A stretch of 64,000 bases of DNA from Candidatus Latescibacterota bacterium (GCA_965222075.1 OZ244937.1:1120001-1184000); one strand, 5' to 3'. Shown: positions 1 through 12,325, numbered from the stretch's first letter. A program made the numbers and translations. The notes: generated by a model not told the origin, from the letters alone.

Positions 1-777
1 GTGGACGATCCGGAACTCTTAGATCTGGTCGAACTGGAGGTCCGGGAGCTTCTGAGCCAGTACGAATTCCCCGGAGACGATGTTCCGGTGGTTCGGGGCT
101 CGGCGCTGAAGGCCCTGGAGTCTGAAGATCCCGATTCGGAAGACTGTAAGTCCATCTGGGAGCTGATGGAGGCCGTGGATGAGTACGTTCCGATGCCGGT
201 TCGGGATGTGGACCGGGACTTTCTGATGCCGGTGGAGGACGTGTTCACCATTACTGGTCGCGGGACCGTGGGTACGGGTCGAATTGAGCGCGGGGTTGTC
301 AACCTGAACGAAGAGGTTGAGGTCATTGGTATTCGAGATACTCGCAAAACGGTCGTGACCGGCATCGAGATGTTCCGGAAGCTTTTAGATCAGGGGGAGG
401 CGGGTGACAATGTAGGGCTGTTGCTGCGCGGCGTGGAAAAGGAGGAGTTAGAGCGCGGGATGGTTATTGCCAAGCCCGGCTCGATTACGCCCCACAAGAA
501 GTTTAAGGGCGAGGTCTACGTGCTCACAGAGAAAGAAGGTGGCCGGAGCAAGCCCTTTTTTTCGGGCTACCGCCCGCAGTTCTATTTCCGAACGACCGAC
601 GTGACGGGTGCGGTCCAGCTGCCCGAAGGCGTGGAGATGGTGATGCCGGGAGACAATGTGACGATGGATATCGACCTGGAAGACAAGCCCATCGCGGTCG
701 AAGATCAGCTCAGGTTCGCCATTCGTGAGGGCGGGCGTACGATCGGCGCCGGCGTCGTAACCGAGATCTTGGAATAA
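1..777 (+). CDS. tuf: Elongation factor Tu (5'-truncated by window edge)
   Basis: EF-Tu domain II/III motifs ([42 protein letters not shown]); directly upstream of rpsJ. Confidence 0.99.
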   Translation: MDDPELLDLVELEVRELLSQYEFPGDDVPVVRGSALKALESEDPDSEDCKSIWELMEAVDEYVPMPVRDVDRDFLMPVEDVFTITGRGTVGTGRIERGVVNLNEEVEVIGIRDTRKTVVTGIEMFRKLLDQGEAGDNVGLLLRGVEKEELERGMVIAKPGSITPHKKFKGEVYVLTEKEGGRSKPFFSGYRPQFYFRTTDVTGAVQLPEGVEMVMPGDNVTMDIDLEDKPIAVEDQLRFAIREGGRTIGAGVVTEILE

Positions 778-792
778 CCTGAGGGGAACCCC

Positions 793-1101
793 TTGCCTGC
801 ACAGAAGATTCGCATTCGGTTGAAGGCCTACGATCATATCACCCTGGACCGGTCCGCCGATGAGATCGTGCGGACGGCCAAACGGACCGGGGCGCTGATT
901 TCGGGCCCCATTCCTCTGCCGACCAGGCGCTCGCTGTATACGGTGCTTCGGGGGCCCAATATCGACAAAAAGTCCCGGGAGCAGTTCGAGACGCGTATTC
1001 ACAAGCGTTTGATCGATATCCACAATTCGACCCCTCAGACGGTGGATGCGCTGATGAAGCTGGATCTGCCGGCAGGGATCGACATTGAAATTAAGGTGTA
1101 G
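793..1101 (+). CDS. rpsJ: 30S ribosomal protein S10
   Basis: [11 protein letters not shown]...GPIPLPT...SREQFE; first gene of S10 cluster. Confidence 0.98.
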   Translation: MPAQKIRIRLKAYDHITLDRSADEIVRTAKRTGALISGPIPLPTRRSLYTVLRGPNIDKKSREQFETRIHKRLIDIHNSTPQTVDALMKLDLPAGIDIEIKV

Positions 1102-1103
1102 CC

Positions 1104-1721
1104 GTGCTGGGATTGATCGGGAAAAAGATCGGTATGACCCAGACCTTCGATGAGGTGGGCAACCTGGTTGCCCTAACGGTTGTTGAAGCGGGGCCATGTC
1201 CGATCGTGCAGATCAAAGACGAGACTTCCGACGGGTATTGTGCGCTTCGGGTGGGCTTTGCCCCGGCACACCGGCTGAACCGTCCGGCCCTGGGGGTCTT
1301 CGAAAAGGCGGGGGTGGCACCCCAGAAGATCCTGCGGGAGTTCCGGGTCGAAGACGTCTCGGCCTACTCGGTAGGCGATATCTTAGATGTGGGCGTTTTT
1401 GAATCCGGGGAATCTGTGGCTGTTACCGGCCGCTCTAAAGGGAAGGGATTCCAGGGCAGCGTGAAGCGCCATCACTTTAAAGGGGGGCCCAAGACCCACG
1501 GACAGTCCGATCGGCACCGGGCGCCGGGGTCCATCGGGCAGAGTTCTTTTCCCTCCCGTGTGTTTAAAGGGATGCGGATGGCCGGTCACATGGGTGACCG
1601 GCGGGTTACGGTGAGGGGTCTTACCGTGGTGAAGGTGGACAAGGCGCGCAACCTGGTCCTCCTGAAGGGGGCGGTGCCGGGGGGGCAGGGGGGCGTTGTA
1701 ATCCTCCAAAAGCAGAGCTAA
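1104..1721 (+). CDS. rplC: 50S ribosomal protein L3
   Basis: GKKIGMTQ, SKGKGFQG, HRAPGSIG; synteny. Confidence 0.98.
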   Translation: MLGLIGKKIGMTQTFDEVGNLVALTVVEAGPCPIVQIKDETSDGYCALRVGFAPAHRLNRPALGVFEKAGVAPQKILREFRVEDVSAYSVGDILDVGVFESGESVAVTGRSKGKGFQGSVKRHHFKGGPKTHGQSDRHRAPGSIGQSSFPSRVFKGMRMAGHMGDRRVTVRGLTVVKVDKARNLVLLKGAVPGGQGGVVILQKQS

Positions 1722-1743
1722 GGAAAATAAGAATCGGTGAGCT

Positions 1744-2376
1744 ATGGCATCAGTTGAGGTGTACAACTTAAAAGGAGAGGTCGTGGGATCGGCCGACCTG
1801 CTCGAAGAGATCTTCAGCATCGAGCCTTCAAAGGGAGCACTCTATTACACGGTGAAGGCCTACTTGGCCAATCGGCGCGAGGGGAATGCATCGACCAAGA
1901 CGCGCGCTGAGGTCACTTTGAGCAAACGGAAGGTGTACCGGCAGAAAGGCACGGGACGCGCTCGCGTGGGAACGGCCGGCTCACCGATTCGGGTCGGGGG
2001 GGGCGTTGCGCACGGTCCGAAGCCACGCAATTTTCGGGAGCGTGTGCCCAAAAAAGTAAAGCGTCTGGCCCTGAAATCGGCCCTGACGCTCAAGGTTGCC
2101 GAAGGCGGGCTTAAGGTTCTGGAAGATTTTTTGCTTGAAGCGCCAAAAACAAAGCGTATGGCCGATATGCTACGGGCCATTCAGGCCGACGGCCGAAAGG
2201 CCCTCCTCTTGACGGAAGCGGGCGTACCGGTTGTGGTCAAGTCGTGCCGGAATCTGCCGGGTCTGTCTGTGCTGCCGGTTCTTCAGGTTTCTACCTACGA
2301 TGTGGTCAGGGCCGATACGGTTATCTTTACACAGGCAGCGCTGGACCGGCTGCAGGCCTTATGGAGGGTCTCGTGA
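1744..2376 (+). CDS. rplD: 50S ribosomal protein L4
   Basis: [27 protein letters not shown]; synteny. Confidence 0.98.
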   Translation: MASVEVYNLKGEVVGSADLLEEIFSIEPSKGALYYTVKAYLANRREGNASTKTRAEVTLSKRKVYRQKGTGRARVGTAGSPIRVGGGVAHGPKPRNFRERVPKKVKRLALKSALTLKVAEGGLKVLEDFLLEAPKTKRMADMLRAIQADGRKALLLTEAGVPVVVKSCRNLPGLSVLPVLQVSTYDVVRADTVIFTQAALDRLQALWRVS

Positions 2377-2666
2377 AGAAGGATGCGCGGAAGATCATCC
2401 GTCGGCCACTGATTACCGAGCGGGCCGTTCAACTCCAGGAAAAGCGCAACAAACAGGTGCTTGAAGTTCGGGCAGATGCGAATAAGATCGAGATCAGACG
2501 TGCTGTTGAGGAGGTCTTCCAGGTGGATGTGGTGAAGGTCAATACCATATCCGTTCGAGGGAAGCTGAAACGTCTGGGCCGCTTTCAGGGCCGCCGTGCC
2601 AATTGGAAGAAGGCGGTTGTAACCCTTGCCGAAGGGCAGCGCATCGATTTCTTTGAGGGTGTGTAG
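2373..2666 (+). CDS. rplW: 50S ribosomal protein L23
   Basis: [25 protein letters not shown]; GTG start at 2373 overlapping rplD stop. Confidence 0.96.
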   Translation: MKKDARKIIRRPLITERAVQLQEKRNKQVLEVRADANKIEIRRAVEEVFQVDVVKVNTISVRGKLKRLGRFQGRRANWKKAVVTLAEGQRIDFFEGV

Positions 2667-2668
2667 AT

Positions 2669-3496
2669 ATGGCCGTAAAGACATTTCGTCCCATTACTCC
2701 CAGCCTGCGCTTCAAGACGGTTTCTTCCTTTGAGGAGATTACCAGGTCCAGACCTGAAAAGTCGCTGATTGTGTTCAACAAAAAGAGCGGCGGTCGGAAC
2801 AACAGGGGGCGCATCACCAGCAGGCGCCGCGGGGGGGGGCACCGGCGATATTCCCGCAAGGTCGACTTCAAGCGGAATAAGCCGGGGGTTGTCGCACGGG
2901 TGCAGGCGATTGAATACGACCCCAATCGGTCCGCACGGATCGCCCTGTTGTACTATGTGGACGGTGAGAAACGCTATATGCTGGCACCTGTGGGGCTTAA
3001 GGTGGGCGACCGGGTGGTATCGGGCCCGGAAGCCGAGATTCGTCCCGGCAACGCCCTTCCTTTAGAGCATATCCCTATGGGCACCATTGTTCACAATATT
3101 GAACTGAAGCCCGGCAAGGGAGGGCAGTTGGGCCGTTCGGCGGGGGCAGAAATTCAGATTATGGCCAAAGAGGGGAATTATGCCCAGCTTCGGCTGCCGT
3201 CCGGAGAGATGCGGTTGGTCCCTCTGGCCTGCTACGCCACCATCGGGCAGGTCGGCAATCTGGATCACGAGAATGTGGTTGTGGGCAAGGCAGGGCGCAG
3301 CCGGTGGCTGGGCAGACGACCCTCTGTGAGAGGGGTGGCAATGAACCCGGTCGACCACCCGCACGGGGGAGGAGAGGGAAAAGCCTCGGGAGGAGGACAT
3401 CCCGTAACGCCCTGGGGGGTGCCGACCAAAGGGTTTAAGACAAGAAAACAAAAAAAGAAGTCGAACAAGTTGATTATTCGAAGGCGCCGAAAGTAG
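2669..3496 (+). CDS. rplB: 50S ribosomal protein L2
   Basis: [35 protein letters not shown]. Confidence 0.99.
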   Translation: MAVKTFRPITPSLRFKTVSSFEEITRSRPEKSLIVFNKKSGGRNNRGRITSRRRGGGHRRYSRKVDFKRNKPGVVARVQAIEYDPNRSARIALLYYVDGEKRYMLAPVGLKVGDRVVSGPEAEIRPGNALPLEHIPMGTIVHNIELKPGKGGQLGRSAGAEIQIMAKEGNYAQLRLPSGEMRLVPLACYATIGQVGNLDHENVVVGKAGRSRWLGRRPSVRGVAMNPVDHPHGGGEGKASGGGHPVTPWGVPTKGFKTRKQKKKSNKLIIRRRRK

Positions 3497-3514
3497 TCGG
3501 TCGCGGGGGAGCGC

Positions 3515-3802
3515 ATGGCACGTTCGCTGAAAAAAGGTCCCTATGTGGATCCAAAGCTGCTGAAGAAGATCGAACAGATGAACAAGACGGGGAATAAACG
3601 GGTGGCTCAGACCTGGGCCCGTCGGTCTACCATCTCTCCCGAACTTGTCGGACATACCCTGGCCGTTCACAATGGGAATAAGTTTATTCCGGTCTATATC
3701 ACGGAAAACATGGTCGGACACAAGCTGGGTGAGTTTGCCTCTACCCGGACGTTTCGCGGTCACAGCGGGCATGTAACGGAGCGGTCAACAGGATTGAAGT
3801 AG
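3515..3802 (+). CDS. rpsS: 30S ribosomal protein S19
   Basis: [18 protein letters not shown]. Confidence 0.98.
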   Translation: MARSLKKGPYVDPKLLKKIEQMNKTGNKRVAQTWARRSTISPELVGHTLAVHNGNKFIPVYITENMVGHKLGEFASTRTFRGHSGHVTERSTGLK

Positions 3803-3820
3803 GGGTGAAAGGATTTTGGG

Positions 3821-4162
3821 ATGGAAGCTCGGGCTGTCTCTCGATATGTGAGGATTTCTCCTCGAAAGGCACGTCAGGTCATTGACCTGGTGCGGGGAAG
3901 AGCCGTAGAAAAGGCCTTTCATATCCTGCAATTTACGCCTAAGAAGGCGGCACAGACCATTGAGCGTACGCTTCGGTCTGCCGTGGCCAACGCGGTCAAC
4001 CACGAAGAGGCCTCAGCCCGGGAAGAGGATCTGTTTGTCAAGGAGGCATTTGTCAATGGGGCGATTGCCTTCAAGCGCATTCGTCCCCAGCCCCGAGGGG
4101 CCGCTGGATACATCCGGAAGCGGTGCAGCCATATTACGCTGGTCGTTTCAGATGATGTGTAG
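3821..4162 (+). CDS. rplV: 50S ribosomal protein L22
   Basis: RISPRKAR, SAVANA, KRCSHIT. Confidence 0.97.
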   Translation: MEARAVSRYVRISPRKARQVIDLVRGRAVEKAFHILQFTPKKAAQTIERTLRSAVANAVNHEEASAREEDLFVKEAFVNGAIAFKRIRPQPRGAAGYIRKRCSHITLVVSDDV

Positions 4163-4191
4163 CCGGTTAGATTCTTTAAGGAGGTTTTCTT

Positions 4192-4848
4192 TTGGGCCAA
4201 AAGACACATCCGATCGGGTTTAGATTGGGTATTGCCAAAGACTGGAGTTCCCGGTGGTTTGCCGGAAGCGATTTTGCCGACCTGCTCAAAGAAGATCAGA
4301 TGCTCAGGCGTTATATCAAGAGCCGGCTGCAGCGGGCCAGCGTGTCGGTGGTGGACATTGAACGGGCGCCCAAACGGGTGACCATTACCATCCATACTGC
4401 TCGCCCGGGGATTGTTATTGGGCGTAAGGGCGCAGAGGTGGACAAGCTGCGGGACGAACTGAAGCATATCACGGGTAAGGAGATCTACATCAACATCCAG
4501 GAAATCAAACGTCCTGAACTGAACGCACAACTCACTGCCGATAATATTGTCCGGCAGCTGGAACAGCGGGTGTCCTTTCGACGGGCCATGAAGAAATCGG
4601 TTGCCTCTGCCATGCGCATGGGGGCCGAAGGGATCAAGGTTGTCTGTTCCGGCCGCCTGGGTGGCGCGGAAATGGCACGTACTGAAAAGTCGGAACCGGC
4701 AGGACGGGTGCCGCTGCATACCCTCCGGGCGGATATCGATTACGCCAGATCCACGGCCTTTACCACATCGGGAACCGTTGGCGTCAAGGTCTGGATTTGC
4801 AATGGAGAGGTGATAGATGGACAGGGCGCCGGCCAGGTACAGGCTTAG
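4192..4848 (+). CDS. rpsC: 30S ribosomal protein S3
   Basis: [33 protein letters not shown]; TTG start. Confidence 0.98.
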   Translation: MGQKTHPIGFRLGIAKDWSSRWFAGSDFADLLKEDQMLRRYIKSRLQRASVSVVDIERAPKRVTITIHTARPGIVIGRKGAEVDKLRDELKHITGKEIYINIQEIKRPELNAQLTADNIVRQLEQRVSFRRAMKKSVASAMRMGAEGIKVVCSGRLGGAEMARTEKSEPAGRVPLHTLRADIDYARSTAFTTSGTVGVKVWICNGEVIDGQGAGQVQA

Positions 4849-4880
4849 GAGCGGATGGGGGATAGGGGAGGGCTGATTTT

Positions 4881-5297
4881 ATGTTGATGCCAAAGCGGAT
4901 TAAGTGGAGGAAACAGCAGCGTGGGCGGATGAAGGGGGTGGCCCTGCGTGGAAGCAGGATGACCTTTGGTGAATATGGGCTGCAGGCCTTAGAGCCGGGG
5001 TGGATCACAAGTCGCCAAATTGAGGCGGCACGCGTGGCCATCACGCGTTCTCTGGGACGAGGCGGCAAGATCTGGATCCGTGTTTTTCCCGACAAGCCGG
5101 TAACCGTCAAGCCTGCCGAGACTCGAATGGGCAAGGGCAAGGGCAACCCGGAGTTCTGGGTGGCGGTGATCAAACCGGGACGGATTATGTTTGAAATCGA
5201 GGGGGTTCCTCAGGCAAGCGCCCGAGAGGCCATGCGGCTGGCCAGCCACAAATTGCCGATCAAAACCCGATTTGTGGAGCGGGGGAGTGAAGAGTGA
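4881..5297 (+). CDS. rplP: 50S ribosomal protein L16
   Basis: [21 protein letters not shown]. Confidence 0.98.
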   Translation: MLMPKRIKWRKQQRGRMKGVALRGSRMTFGEYGLQALEPGWITSRQIEAARVAITRSLGRGGKIWIRVFPDKPVTVKPAETRMGKGKGNPEFWVAVIKPGRIMFEIEGVPQASAREAMRLASHKLPIKTRFVERGSEE

Positions 5298-5503
5298 TGA
5301 AGCCGAATGAAATCCGTCGGATGACGCGAAGTGAAATAGAGCAATTGCTCGGGGATAGAGAAGAGGAATTCTCCAACCTGCGGCTGCAGGCCGTTACCCA
5401 GGAACTGGAAAATCCGCTTCTGATCCGGCAGGTACGGCGAGACATGGCGCGGTTGAGAACGATTTTACGAGAGGACGAACTGGGCATTGTTCCTCTCTCC
5501 TGA
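5297..5503 (+). CDS. rpmC: 50S ribosomal protein L29
   Basis: [23 protein letters not shown]; synteny. Confidence 0.95.
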   Translation: MKPNEIRRMTRSEIEQLLGDREEEFSNLRLQAVTQELENPLLIRQVRRDMARLRTILREDELGIVPLS

Positions 5504-5544
5504 GAGGGGAACACAGGACGAAGCGTCGAAGGGAATTGAGAACA

Positions 5545-5811
5545 ATGGCTGAAATGCAGACCCGTGCTCGTCGAAAGACCCTTGTGGGAAAAGTGGTGAG
5601 CGACCGGTCCGATAAGACGATTGTCGTGGAAGTGACCTGGCGGGCGCCTCATCCCCTTTATCGAAAGGTGGTCAGGCGCCGGTCCAAGTTCGCCGCGCAC
5701 GACAAGAGCAACCTGGCCCGCACCGGCGACATGGTGATGATCATGGAGACCCGTCCGCTGAGTAAGACCAAGCGGTGGCGTCTTGTGGAAGTCTTACAGA
5801 AGGCGCAATAG
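5545..5811 (+). CDS. rpsQ: 30S ribosomal protein S17
   Basis: [25 protein letters not shown]. Confidence 0.97.
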   Translation: MAEMQTRARRKTLVGKVVSDRSDKTIVVEVTWRAPHPLYRKVVRRRSKFAAHDKSNLARTGDMVMIMETRPLSKTKRWRLVEVLQKAQ

Positions 5812-5825
5812 GGGATAAGAGGGCG

Positions 5826-6194
5826 ATGGTCACGGAATCTACCGTTTTAAATTGCGCGGACAACAGCGGGGCACGGAAGGTGATGTGCTTCCGCGTGTTG
5901 GGAGGCACAAAGCGGAAATATGCAGGGTTGGGCGATACCATCGTCGTGTCGGTTAAAGATGCGCAGCCCAACAGCGAGGTCAAGAAGGGGGATGTGTCCC
6001 GGGCAGTGATTGTCCGCACAAAGAAAGAGGTCCGCCGCGCGGACGGCTCCTACATCCGCTTCGATGACAATGCGGCTATTTTGCTTGGCACCGAAGGAGA
6101 GCCAAGGGGAACGCGCATTTTTGGGCCGGTTGCCCGGGAATTGCGGGAGAAACGTTATATGCGGATCGTTTCCCTTGCGGCTGAAGTGATCTGA
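5826..6194 (+). CDS. rplN: 50S ribosomal protein L14
   Basis: [26 protein letters not shown]. Confidence 0.98.
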   Translation: MVTESTVLNCADNSGARKVMCFRVLGGTKRKYAGLGDTIVVSVKDAQPNSEVKKGDVSRAVIVRTKKEVRRADGSYIRFDDNAAILLGTEGEPRGTRIFGPVARELREKRYMRIVSLAAEVI

Positions 6195-6220
6195 CGCGGT
6201 TCCAAGAGGAGGGGGCGGCT

Positions 6221-6547
6221 GTGAAGTTACACATTCGCAAGGACGACCTGGTTGAAGTCATCGGCGGTGTCGATGCGGGGAAACGCGGTAAGGTTCTGAA
6301 GGTTTTTCCCCGGCAGGGGCGTGCGCTTGTGGAGGGCATCAACTTCATTCACCGACATACCCGGCCAAACCCGAGGAACCAGCAGGGGGGCATTATTGAG
6401 AAGGAGGCGCCCGTCCCTGTTTCCAGGCTGATGCTGGTTGACCCCCAAACACAGGAGCGCACCCGGATTCGGCGGAAGCGCTTAGAAGACGGTGCTTCCA
6501 TACGTATTGCCGTAAAGAGCGGAGAACAGATCCCAGAATCGAATTGA
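6221..6547 (+). CDS. rplX: 50S ribosomal protein L24
   Basis: KOW motif, VEGIN, GGIIEKEAP. Confidence 0.97.
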   Translation: MKLHIRKDDLVEVIGGVDAGKRGKVLKVFPRQGRALVEGINFIHRHTRPNPRNQQGGIIEKEAPVPVSRLMLVDPQTQERTRIRRKRLEDGASIRIAVKSGEQIPESN

Positions 6548-6559
6548 TGAGAGGCAGAG

Positions 6560-7114
6560 ATGGCGGCTCGGCTACGCGGAGTTTACGAAAAGGATATTGT
6601 CCCGGCCATGATGGAGCGGTTTGGGTATAAAAACCGGATGCAGGTGCCCCGGCTGGAAAAGATTGTCCTGAACATGGGGGTTGGGGAAGCGGTTCAAAAC
6701 CCCAAAGCGATTGATGGGGCCATTTCGGATTTGTCTATGATCTCCGCACAGCGCCCCGGTGTGCGTCGGGCGAAGCGGTCGGTTTCGAATTTCAAGCTCC
6801 GTGCAGGCGTTCCTATTGGGTGCATGGTGACCCTCCGAAGGGATCGGATGTACGAATTTCTGGACCGGTTCTTCACTTTTGCCATTCCGCGCATACGGGA
6901 TTTTCGGGGGTTGTCTCCCAATTCTTTCGATGGCCGTGGAAACTATTCCGTAGGGATTCGGGAGCAGATTGTCTTCCCGGAGATTGATTATGACCAGATT
7001 GATGAGGTCCGGGGTTTGGATGTTACGATTGTAACAACGGCTGAAACCGACGAGGAGGCGTTTGAATTGCTCAGAGCGTTCGGGATGCCGTTTCGAACGG
7101 TCGAGGCCGCTTAG
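6560..7114 (+). CDS. rplE: 50S ribosomal protein L5
   Basis: [29 protein letters not shown]. Confidence 0.98.
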   Translation: MAARLRGVYEKDIVPAMMERFGYKNRMQVPRLEKIVLNMGVGEAVQNPKAIDGAISDLSMISAQRPGVRRAKRSVSNFKLRAGVPIGCMVTLRRDRMYEFLDRFFTFAIPRIRDFRGLSPNSFDGRGNYSVGIREQIVFPEIDYDQIDEVRGLDVTIVTTAETDEEAFELLRAFGMPFRTVEAA

Positions 7115-7130
7115 AGAAAGAGACAGAGGC

Positions 7131-7316
7131 GTGGCCAGAAAAGCGTTGATTGTGAAATCCAGCCGTAAGCCGAAATTTGCCGTGCGCCGGTATAACCGGT
7201 GCAGTCGTTGTGGCCGCCCGAGGGGGTACATGCGGCGCTTCGGGATTTGTCGGATCTGCTTCCGAGATCTGGCTTTGACAGGTGAGATCCCGGGTATTAC
7301 GAAGGCGAGTTGGTAG
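7131..7316 (+). CDS. rpsN: 30S ribosomal protein S14 (zinc-binding type Z)
   Basis: GTG start, 61 aa with CSRC...CRIC and PGITKASW. Confidence 0.97.
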   Translation: MARKALIVKSSRKPKFAVRRYNRCSRCGRPRGYMRRFGICRICFRDLALTGEIPGITKASW

Positions 7317-7347
7317 GCAGCCGTGTAAACAGGAGGAGTCGTATTCC

Positions 7348-7746
7348 ATGGGCATGACCGATCCGGTTGCGGATATGTTAACCCGTATCCGAAATGCGTC
7401 CAAGGCGGGACACCCTAAAGTCGACATTCCCAGTTCCAATATGAAACGGGGGGTCACCCGCATTCTGAAGAAATGTGGTTTTATCCACAATTATGCTTAT
7501 GTGGACGACAACAGGCAAGGTTATCTTCGGCTCTACCTCAGGTACAGCGCAGATGAAGAAAGTGCGATCCAGGGACTTCAACGGGTGAGCCGTCCGGGGT
7601 TGCGCAAGTATGTGGGCAAGGACGAGATCCCCCGGGTGCTCAATGGACTGGGAGTGGCCATCCTCTCCACATCCAAGGGTATTCTGACCGATTCCGAGGC
7701 CCGAAAGGCCGGTGCGGGCGGCGAAGTGATCTGCCACGTCTGGTAA
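7348..7746 (+). CDS. rpsH: 30S ribosomal protein S8
   Basis: [31 protein letters not shown]. Confidence 0.98.
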   Translation: MGMTDPVADMLTRIRNASKAGHPKVDIPSSNMKRGVTRILKKCGFIHNYAYVDDNRQGYLRLYLRYSADEESAIQGLQRVSRPGLRKYVGKDEIPRVLNGLGVAILSTSKGILTDSEARKAGAGGEVICHVW

Positions 7747-7764
7747 GTTCGGAAGGAGTGGGTT

Positions 7765-8331
7765 GTGTCGCGTGTTGGTAAACAGCCGATCCCTCTGCCG
7801 GGTGGAGTGGAGGTCCAACTCCAACCTGGAGGGGCGCGGGTTAAGGGCGCCAGGGGAGATCTGCAGGTTCCTCTGCATCCGTTGACACGGGTGCGACAGG
7901 AAGACAACACTCTCTTTGTGACGGTTGAGGATCCAAAAGATAGACAATCCAAAGCGATGTGGGGGTTAACGCGGTCGCTGCTGGCCAACGCCGTTGAGGG
8001 TGTGACCAACGGATTTGAAAAGCATCTGACGTTGGTGGGCATCGGCTACAGGGCCGAACTTAAGGGCAAGAATCTGGATATTCAGGTCGGATACAGCCAT
8101 CCCGTGATCGTGCAACCGTCGCCGGGCATCGACTTCAGCGTGGAGGCCCCTCCGTCCCACATCGAGACGGCCCAGGCGTCGATTGTGGTCCGGGGGGCCG
8201 ACAAAGAGCTCGTTGGGCGAACCGCCGCACATATCCGGAAAATCCGGCCGCCGGAGCCTTATAAGACCAAGGGCATCCGATACACCGATGAGTATGTGCG
8301 TAAAAAGGCCGGTAAGGCCGCTGTAATATAA
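7765..8331 (+). CDS. rplF: 50S ribosomal protein L6
   Basis: [26 protein letters not shown]. Confidence 0.98.
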   Translation: MSRVGKQPIPLPGGVEVQLQPGGARVKGARGDLQVPLHPLTRVRQEDNTLFVTVEDPKDRQSKAMWGLTRSLLANAVEGVTNGFEKHLTLVGIGYRAELKGKNLDIQVGYSHPVIVQPSPGIDFSVEAPPSHIETAQASIVVRGADKELVGRTAAHIRKIRPPEPYKTKGIRYTDEYVRKKAGKAAVI

Positions 8332-8336
8332 CGGGG

Positions 8337-8720
8337 TTGCATACTGTGGCAAACAAGCAGATCAAAAGAGAGCGGTTGCGGCAACGTCGGCGCCTTCGGA
8401 TCCGGAAGAAAATCAAGGGAACTTTGGAGCGCCCTCGTCTGTGTGTTTACCGGAGCCTGAAGCACATCCAGGCACAGCTTATCGACGATACCACCGGCCG
8501 GTCCCTGCTGGGGATGTCCAGCAATTCGGCAGAGATTCGAGACCGGCTTTCAGATGTGCAGGGCAAGTGTGAACGGGGCCGGGAAGTCGGCCGCCTCTTA
8601 GCGGCCAAGGCCCTGGAAGCCGGGATTACGCAGGTCGTATTCGACCGGGGGGGATATCTCTACCACGGCCGGGTAAAGGCGCTGGCAGAAGGGGCCCGAG
8701 AGGGCGGGTTGAAGTTTTAA
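8337..8720 (+). CDS. rplR: 50S ribosomal protein L18
   Basis: [27 protein letters not shown]; start may be GTG at 8346. Confidence 0.97.
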   Translation: MHTVANKQIKRERLRQRRRLRIRKKIKGTLERPRLCVYRSLKHIQAQLIDDTTGRSLLGMSSNSAEIRDRLSDVQGKCERGREVGRLLAAKALEAGITQVVFDRGGYLYHGRVKALAEGAREGGLKF

Positions 8721-8739
8721 ACATCCAAAGGAGCGTGCT

Positions 8740-9255
8740 TTGGCCAGGATAGATCCTTCGGGGTTGGATCTGACGGAGCTTGTGATCAACAACAGTCTCA
8801 ACCGGGTGGCGCACGTGCGAAAGGGGGGGCGGCGTTTCGCATTTAATGTGATGGTTGTGGTGGGTGACAAGAAGGGGTGCGTTGGCGCTGGCATGGGCAA
8901 GGCGGGTGAGGTCTCGGAGGCGATCCGGAAGGCGACTGAGAACGCCAAGAAGAACCTCATACGGGTGTCGGTTCGGGATGGTACACTTCCCCATGAAGTG
9001 GTGGGAGCGTTTAGCGCTGCCAGGGTCCTTTTGAAACCGGCCGCTCCCGGCACTGGCGTGATCGCCGGGGGGGGGATTCGGGCGGTGCTGGAGCTGGCCG
9101 GCGTACAAAATGTGCTGACCAAGTCTTTGGGTTCGAAAAATGCGCACAACACGGTAAAGGCGACCCTGGAGGGCTTAAAGCGCCTGCGAAACGCCACCGA
9201 CTTTGCGCGCCTGCGCGATATTGACGAATCTGAGCTGGTCCAATCTGGGGAGTAG
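8740..9255 (+). CDS. rpsE: 30S ribosomal protein S5
   Basis: [23 protein letters not shown]. Confidence 0.97.
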   Translation: MARIDPSGLDLTELVINNSLNRVAHVRKGGRRFAFNVMVVVGDKKGCVGAGMGKAGEVSEAIRKATENAKKNLIRVSVRDGTLPHEVVGAFSAARVLLKPAAPGTGVIAGGGIRAVLELAGVQNVLTKSLGSKNAHNTVKATLEGLKRLRNATDFARLRDIDESELVQSGE

Positions 9256-9260
9256 CCTCA

Positions 9261-9458
9261 ATGGCGCAAGACGACAAAAGGCTTCGAATCACGCAGGTTC
9301 GGAGCGCTATTTCACGGGGTCAGAAACAGCGGAGGACCCTCCAGGCATTGGGGATTCGGCGGATGCACCATACCGTAGAGCACCGGAGTACCCCCCAGAT
9401 TCGAGGGATGCTACACAAAGTTGCCCATCTGGTCGTTGTCGAAGAGGTGAGGGATTGA
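9261..9458 (+). CDS. rpmD: 50S ribosomal protein L30
   Basis: ITQVRSAI, TLQALG, IRGM..KVAHLV. Confidence 0.96.
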   Translation: MAQDDKRLRITQVRSAISRGQKQRRTLQALGIRRMHHTVEHRSTPQIRGMLHKVAHLVVVEEVRD

Positions 9459-9491
9459 TAGAGGGGTTGCCTTTTTCGGATAGGTCAATTT

Positions 9492-9953
9492 ATGCAATTG
9501 GAAGAGATCACGCCTCCCGCAGGGGCGGTCAAACGGCGGAAGCGCCTGGGTTGCGGTCCCGGATCGGGGCACGGCAAGACCTGTGGCAAGGGGCATAAGG
9601 GGCAGAAGGCCCGTTCCGGGGCCAAAAATAGGGCCTGGTTTGAGGGGGGGCAGATGCCTCTGCAGCGGCGGCTGCCCAAGATCGGGTTCAACAGCCCGTT
9701 TAAGGTGGTCTATCAGGTTGTGAACTTAGACGATCTTGCCCGGCTGTCGGGGCAGATCACGCCTGAGGTGCTGAAACAGTCCGGGCTTATCCGGTCTTTA
9801 AAGCGGCCGGTCAAGGTGCTGGGGCGGGGGGAGGTTTCGGAGGCTTTGCAGGTGAACGTCCATGCGGTTTCGGCTTCCGCATCCAGAAAGATCGCTCAGG
9901 CGGGCGGCAGCGTAGAGATTATTTCCAGGGCGGCTTCGAAGGCCGAGTCGTAA
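9492..9953 (+). CDS. rplO: 50S ribosomal protein L15
   Basis: GHKGQKARSG, FEGGQMPL.RRLPK. Confidence 0.98.
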   Translation: MQLEEITPPAGAVKRRKRLGCGPGSGHGKTCGKGHKGQKARSGAKNRAWFEGGQMPLQRRLPKIGFNSPFKVVYQVVNLDDLARLSGQITPEVLKQSGLIRSLKRPVKVLGRGEVSEALQVNVHAVSASASRKIAQAGGSVEIISRAASKAES

Positions 9954-9965
9954 GAGGAGGGGCTG

Positions 9966-11306
9966 GTGCTCCAAAGTTTTCAGAGTGCTTTTAAAATCCC
10001 GGAACTTCGCAATAAGATCTTGTTTACGCTGGGCATCCTGGTCGTGTATCGGATCGGCGGACAGGTGCCTATCCCGGGCATCGACAGGGTAGCCCTGAAG
10101 CAGTTTTTTGACACGGCCGATCTGGGGCCCCTGGGTATGTACGACATGTTCGTAGGGGGTGCATTTACGCGGGCGACGGTGTTTGCCTTAGGGGTTATGC
10201 CCTACATCAGCTCCTCCATTATTTTCCAGCTCCTGGGGGCGGTCATTCCCTTTCTCCAAAAACTCCAGAAGGAAGGGGAAGAGGGGCGGAAGAAGATCAC
10301 GCAGTATACCCGCTACGGCACCGTTGTTTTGGCGGCCGCCCAGTCCTTCGGGGTCAGCTTTTACTTAGAGAGCATCCAGGTGCCCAACACGGGGATGGCG
10401 GCGGTGATCGATCCTGGATGGGGATTTCGTATGCTGACGGTTCTGACGATTACGGCCGGGACGGTCTTCATTATGTGGCTGGGGGAGCAGATCGAAGCGC
10501 AGGGGATCGGAAACGGGATGTCGCTGCTGATCTTTATCGGGATTATTGCCGAATTCCCCTGGGCCGTGGGAAGAGAGTACCAGGATTTTATCCTGAACGA
10601 CAAGTCGATCTTCAAGGAGATCGCCGTTTTGGCTATTATGGTGGGGGTGACTGCGCTGGTGGTTCTGATCACCCAGGGCACCCGGAAGATTCCGGTGCAG
10701 TATGCCAAACGGGTGGTGGGCAGGCGGGTCTACGGGGGGCAGAGCACGCACATCCCATTGAAGGTGAATACGTCGGGTGTGATGCCCCTTATTTTTGCAC
10801 AGGCCATCATGTTTATGCCATCCACGCTGGCGAGTTTTTTTCCGACCAGTGAGTTGATGCAGGAGATAGCGGTGGCCTTTTCGCCTACGACCTCTTTGCA
10901 GTCTTTGCCCTACTGGATCATCTACAGTTTGATGATTGTCTTCTTCTCCTATTTTTACACCGCGATTGTGTTCAATCCGATCGATCTGGCGGACAACATG
11001 AAACGGCACGGGGGGTTTATCCCCGGCATTCGACCCGGGAAGCGGACGTCCGATTACATCGATCGGATTCTGACCCGGATCACGCTTCCAGGCGCGATCT
11101 TTCTGGCCGGGATCGCGGTTTTTCCGTTCTTTGTGGTCGATGCCTTAAAGGTGAATCCCGGCCTGCACAGCTTCTTTGGCGGTACTGGATTGTTGATTAT
11201 TGTGGGAGTGGCGCTGGATACCCTGCAGCGGATGGAATCTCACCTGTTGATGCGCCACTATGACGGGTTTATGAAGAAGGGGAGGTTGAGGGGCCGCCGG
11301 GGATAG
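9966..11306 (+). CDS. secY: Preprotein translocase subunit SecY
   Basis: [24 protein letters not shown], multiple TM segments; follows rplO. Confidence 0.99.
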   Translation: MLQSFQSAFKIPELRNKILFTLGILVVYRIGGQVPIPGIDRVALKQFFDTADLGPLGMYDMFVGGAFTRATVFALGVMPYISSSIIFQLLGAVIPFLQKLQKEGEEGRKKITQYTRYGTVVLAAAQSFGVSFYLESIQVPNTGMAAVIDPGWGFRMLTVLTITAGTVFIMWLGEQIEAQGIGNGMSLLIFIGIIAEFPWAVGREYQDFILNDKSIFKEIAVLAIMVGVTALVVLITQGTRKIPVQYAKRVVGRRVYGGQSTHIPLKVNTSGVMPLIFAQAIMFMPSTLASFFPTSELMQEIAVAFSPTTSLQSLPYWIIYSLMIVFFSYFYTAIVFNPIDLADNMKRHGGFIPGIRPGKRTSDYIDRILTRITLPGAIFLAGIAVFPFFVVDALKVNPGLHSFFGGTGLLIIVGVALDTLQRMESHLLMRHYDGFMKKGRLRGRRG

Positions 11307-11331
11307 TCGCACCCATTGGAAGGGAAGGCCC

Positions 11332-11472
11332 ATGAGGGTTCAAACGTCGGTCAAACGCCGTTGCAGTCACTGTAAGGTCATCCGCAGAAAAGGCGTGGTG
11401 CGGGTTGTCTGTAAAAGCAATCCGCGGCATAAACAACGGCAGGGATCAAAGGGATACGGACAGAAAAATTAG
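11332..11472 (+). CDS. rpmJ: 50S ribosomal protein L36 (not in ORF track; 46 aa)
   Basis: Manual translation: [46 protein letters not shown]; CxxC...C...H zinc ligands. Confidence 0.95.
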   Translation: MRVQTSVKRRCSHCKVIRRKGVVRVVCKSNPRHKQRQGSKGYGQKN

Positions 11473-11516
11473 AGGCAGATAAGATTTTCCGCAAGATCTA
11501 AGAGAGAGGTGATGGA

Positions 11517-11903
11517 ATGGCACGTATTTCAGGCGTCGATATTCCGCGAGAGAAGCGCGTGGAAGTGGCTTTGACCTATATTTTCGGGGTCGGCCAGAGC
11601 GGGGCCAAAAAAATCCTGGAGAAGACACGGATTTCTCCGGACACCAGGGTGGAGGCATTAACGGAAGAAGAGGTGGCCAAGATCCGGAGCGTGGTAGAAG
11701 GGGAATACAAGGTCGAGGGTAATCTCCGCAGTGAGATTGCCATGAATATCAAACGGCTTATGGACATCGGTTGTTACCGCGGGCTGCGCTGGCGGAGGGG
11801 GCTGCCTGTTCGTGGACAGCGCACGCGCACCAATGCCCGTACGCGGAAAGGTCCCAAAAGTGGTCATGTTCAGGTTGCCCGGAAGAGGAAGGCCGTTAAG
11901 TAA
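11517..11903 (+). CDS. rpsM: 30S ribosomal protein S13
   Basis: [27 protein letters not shown]. Confidence 0.98.
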   Translation: MARISGVDIPREKRVEVALTYIFGVGQSGAKKILEKTRISPDTRVEALTEEEVAKIRSVVEGEYKVEGNLRSEIAMNIKRLMDIGCYRGLRWRRGLPVRGQRTRTNARTRKGPKSGHVQVARKRKAVK

Positions 11904-11926
11904 GGTATGGGATAAGGAGGGGTTCT

Positions 11927-12316
11927 TTGCCGCCGGAAAAGAGAAGAGGCAGACGACGGAATAAGCGCGTAGAAGCGTTGGGCGTTGCTCATATCAAGGC
12001 GACATTTAACAATACCATTGTGACCTTAACCGATAAGGAAGGGAAAGTGATTGCCTGGTCCTCAAGCGGGAGGGTGGGCATGCCGGGCTCCAGGAAGAGC
12101 ACGCCCTTTGGCGCTCAGCTGGCAGCGGAGGCTGCGGCCAGAGAGGCGATGGGCATGGGATTGCGCCGTGTAGAGGTCTGGGTAAAGGGGCCCGGTGTGG
12201 GCCGAGAGGCCGCGGTTCGGTCTTTGCAGGGGGCCGGACTGGAGATTTCGGCCATCCGGGATGTGACCCCTATTCCCCACAATGGTTGTCGTCCGCCCAA
12301 GAGAAGACGGGTTTAG
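11927..12316 (+). CDS. rpsK: 30S ribosomal protein S11
   Basis: [31 protein letters not shown]. Confidence 0.98.
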   Translation: MPPEKRRGRRRNKRVEALGVAHIKATFNNTIVTLTDKEGKVIAWSSSGRVGMPGSRKSTPFGAQLAAEAAAREAMGMGLRRVEVWVKGPGVGREAAVRSLQGAGLEISAIRDVTPIPHNGCRPPKRRRV

Positions 12317-12325
12317 GGTTTACAC

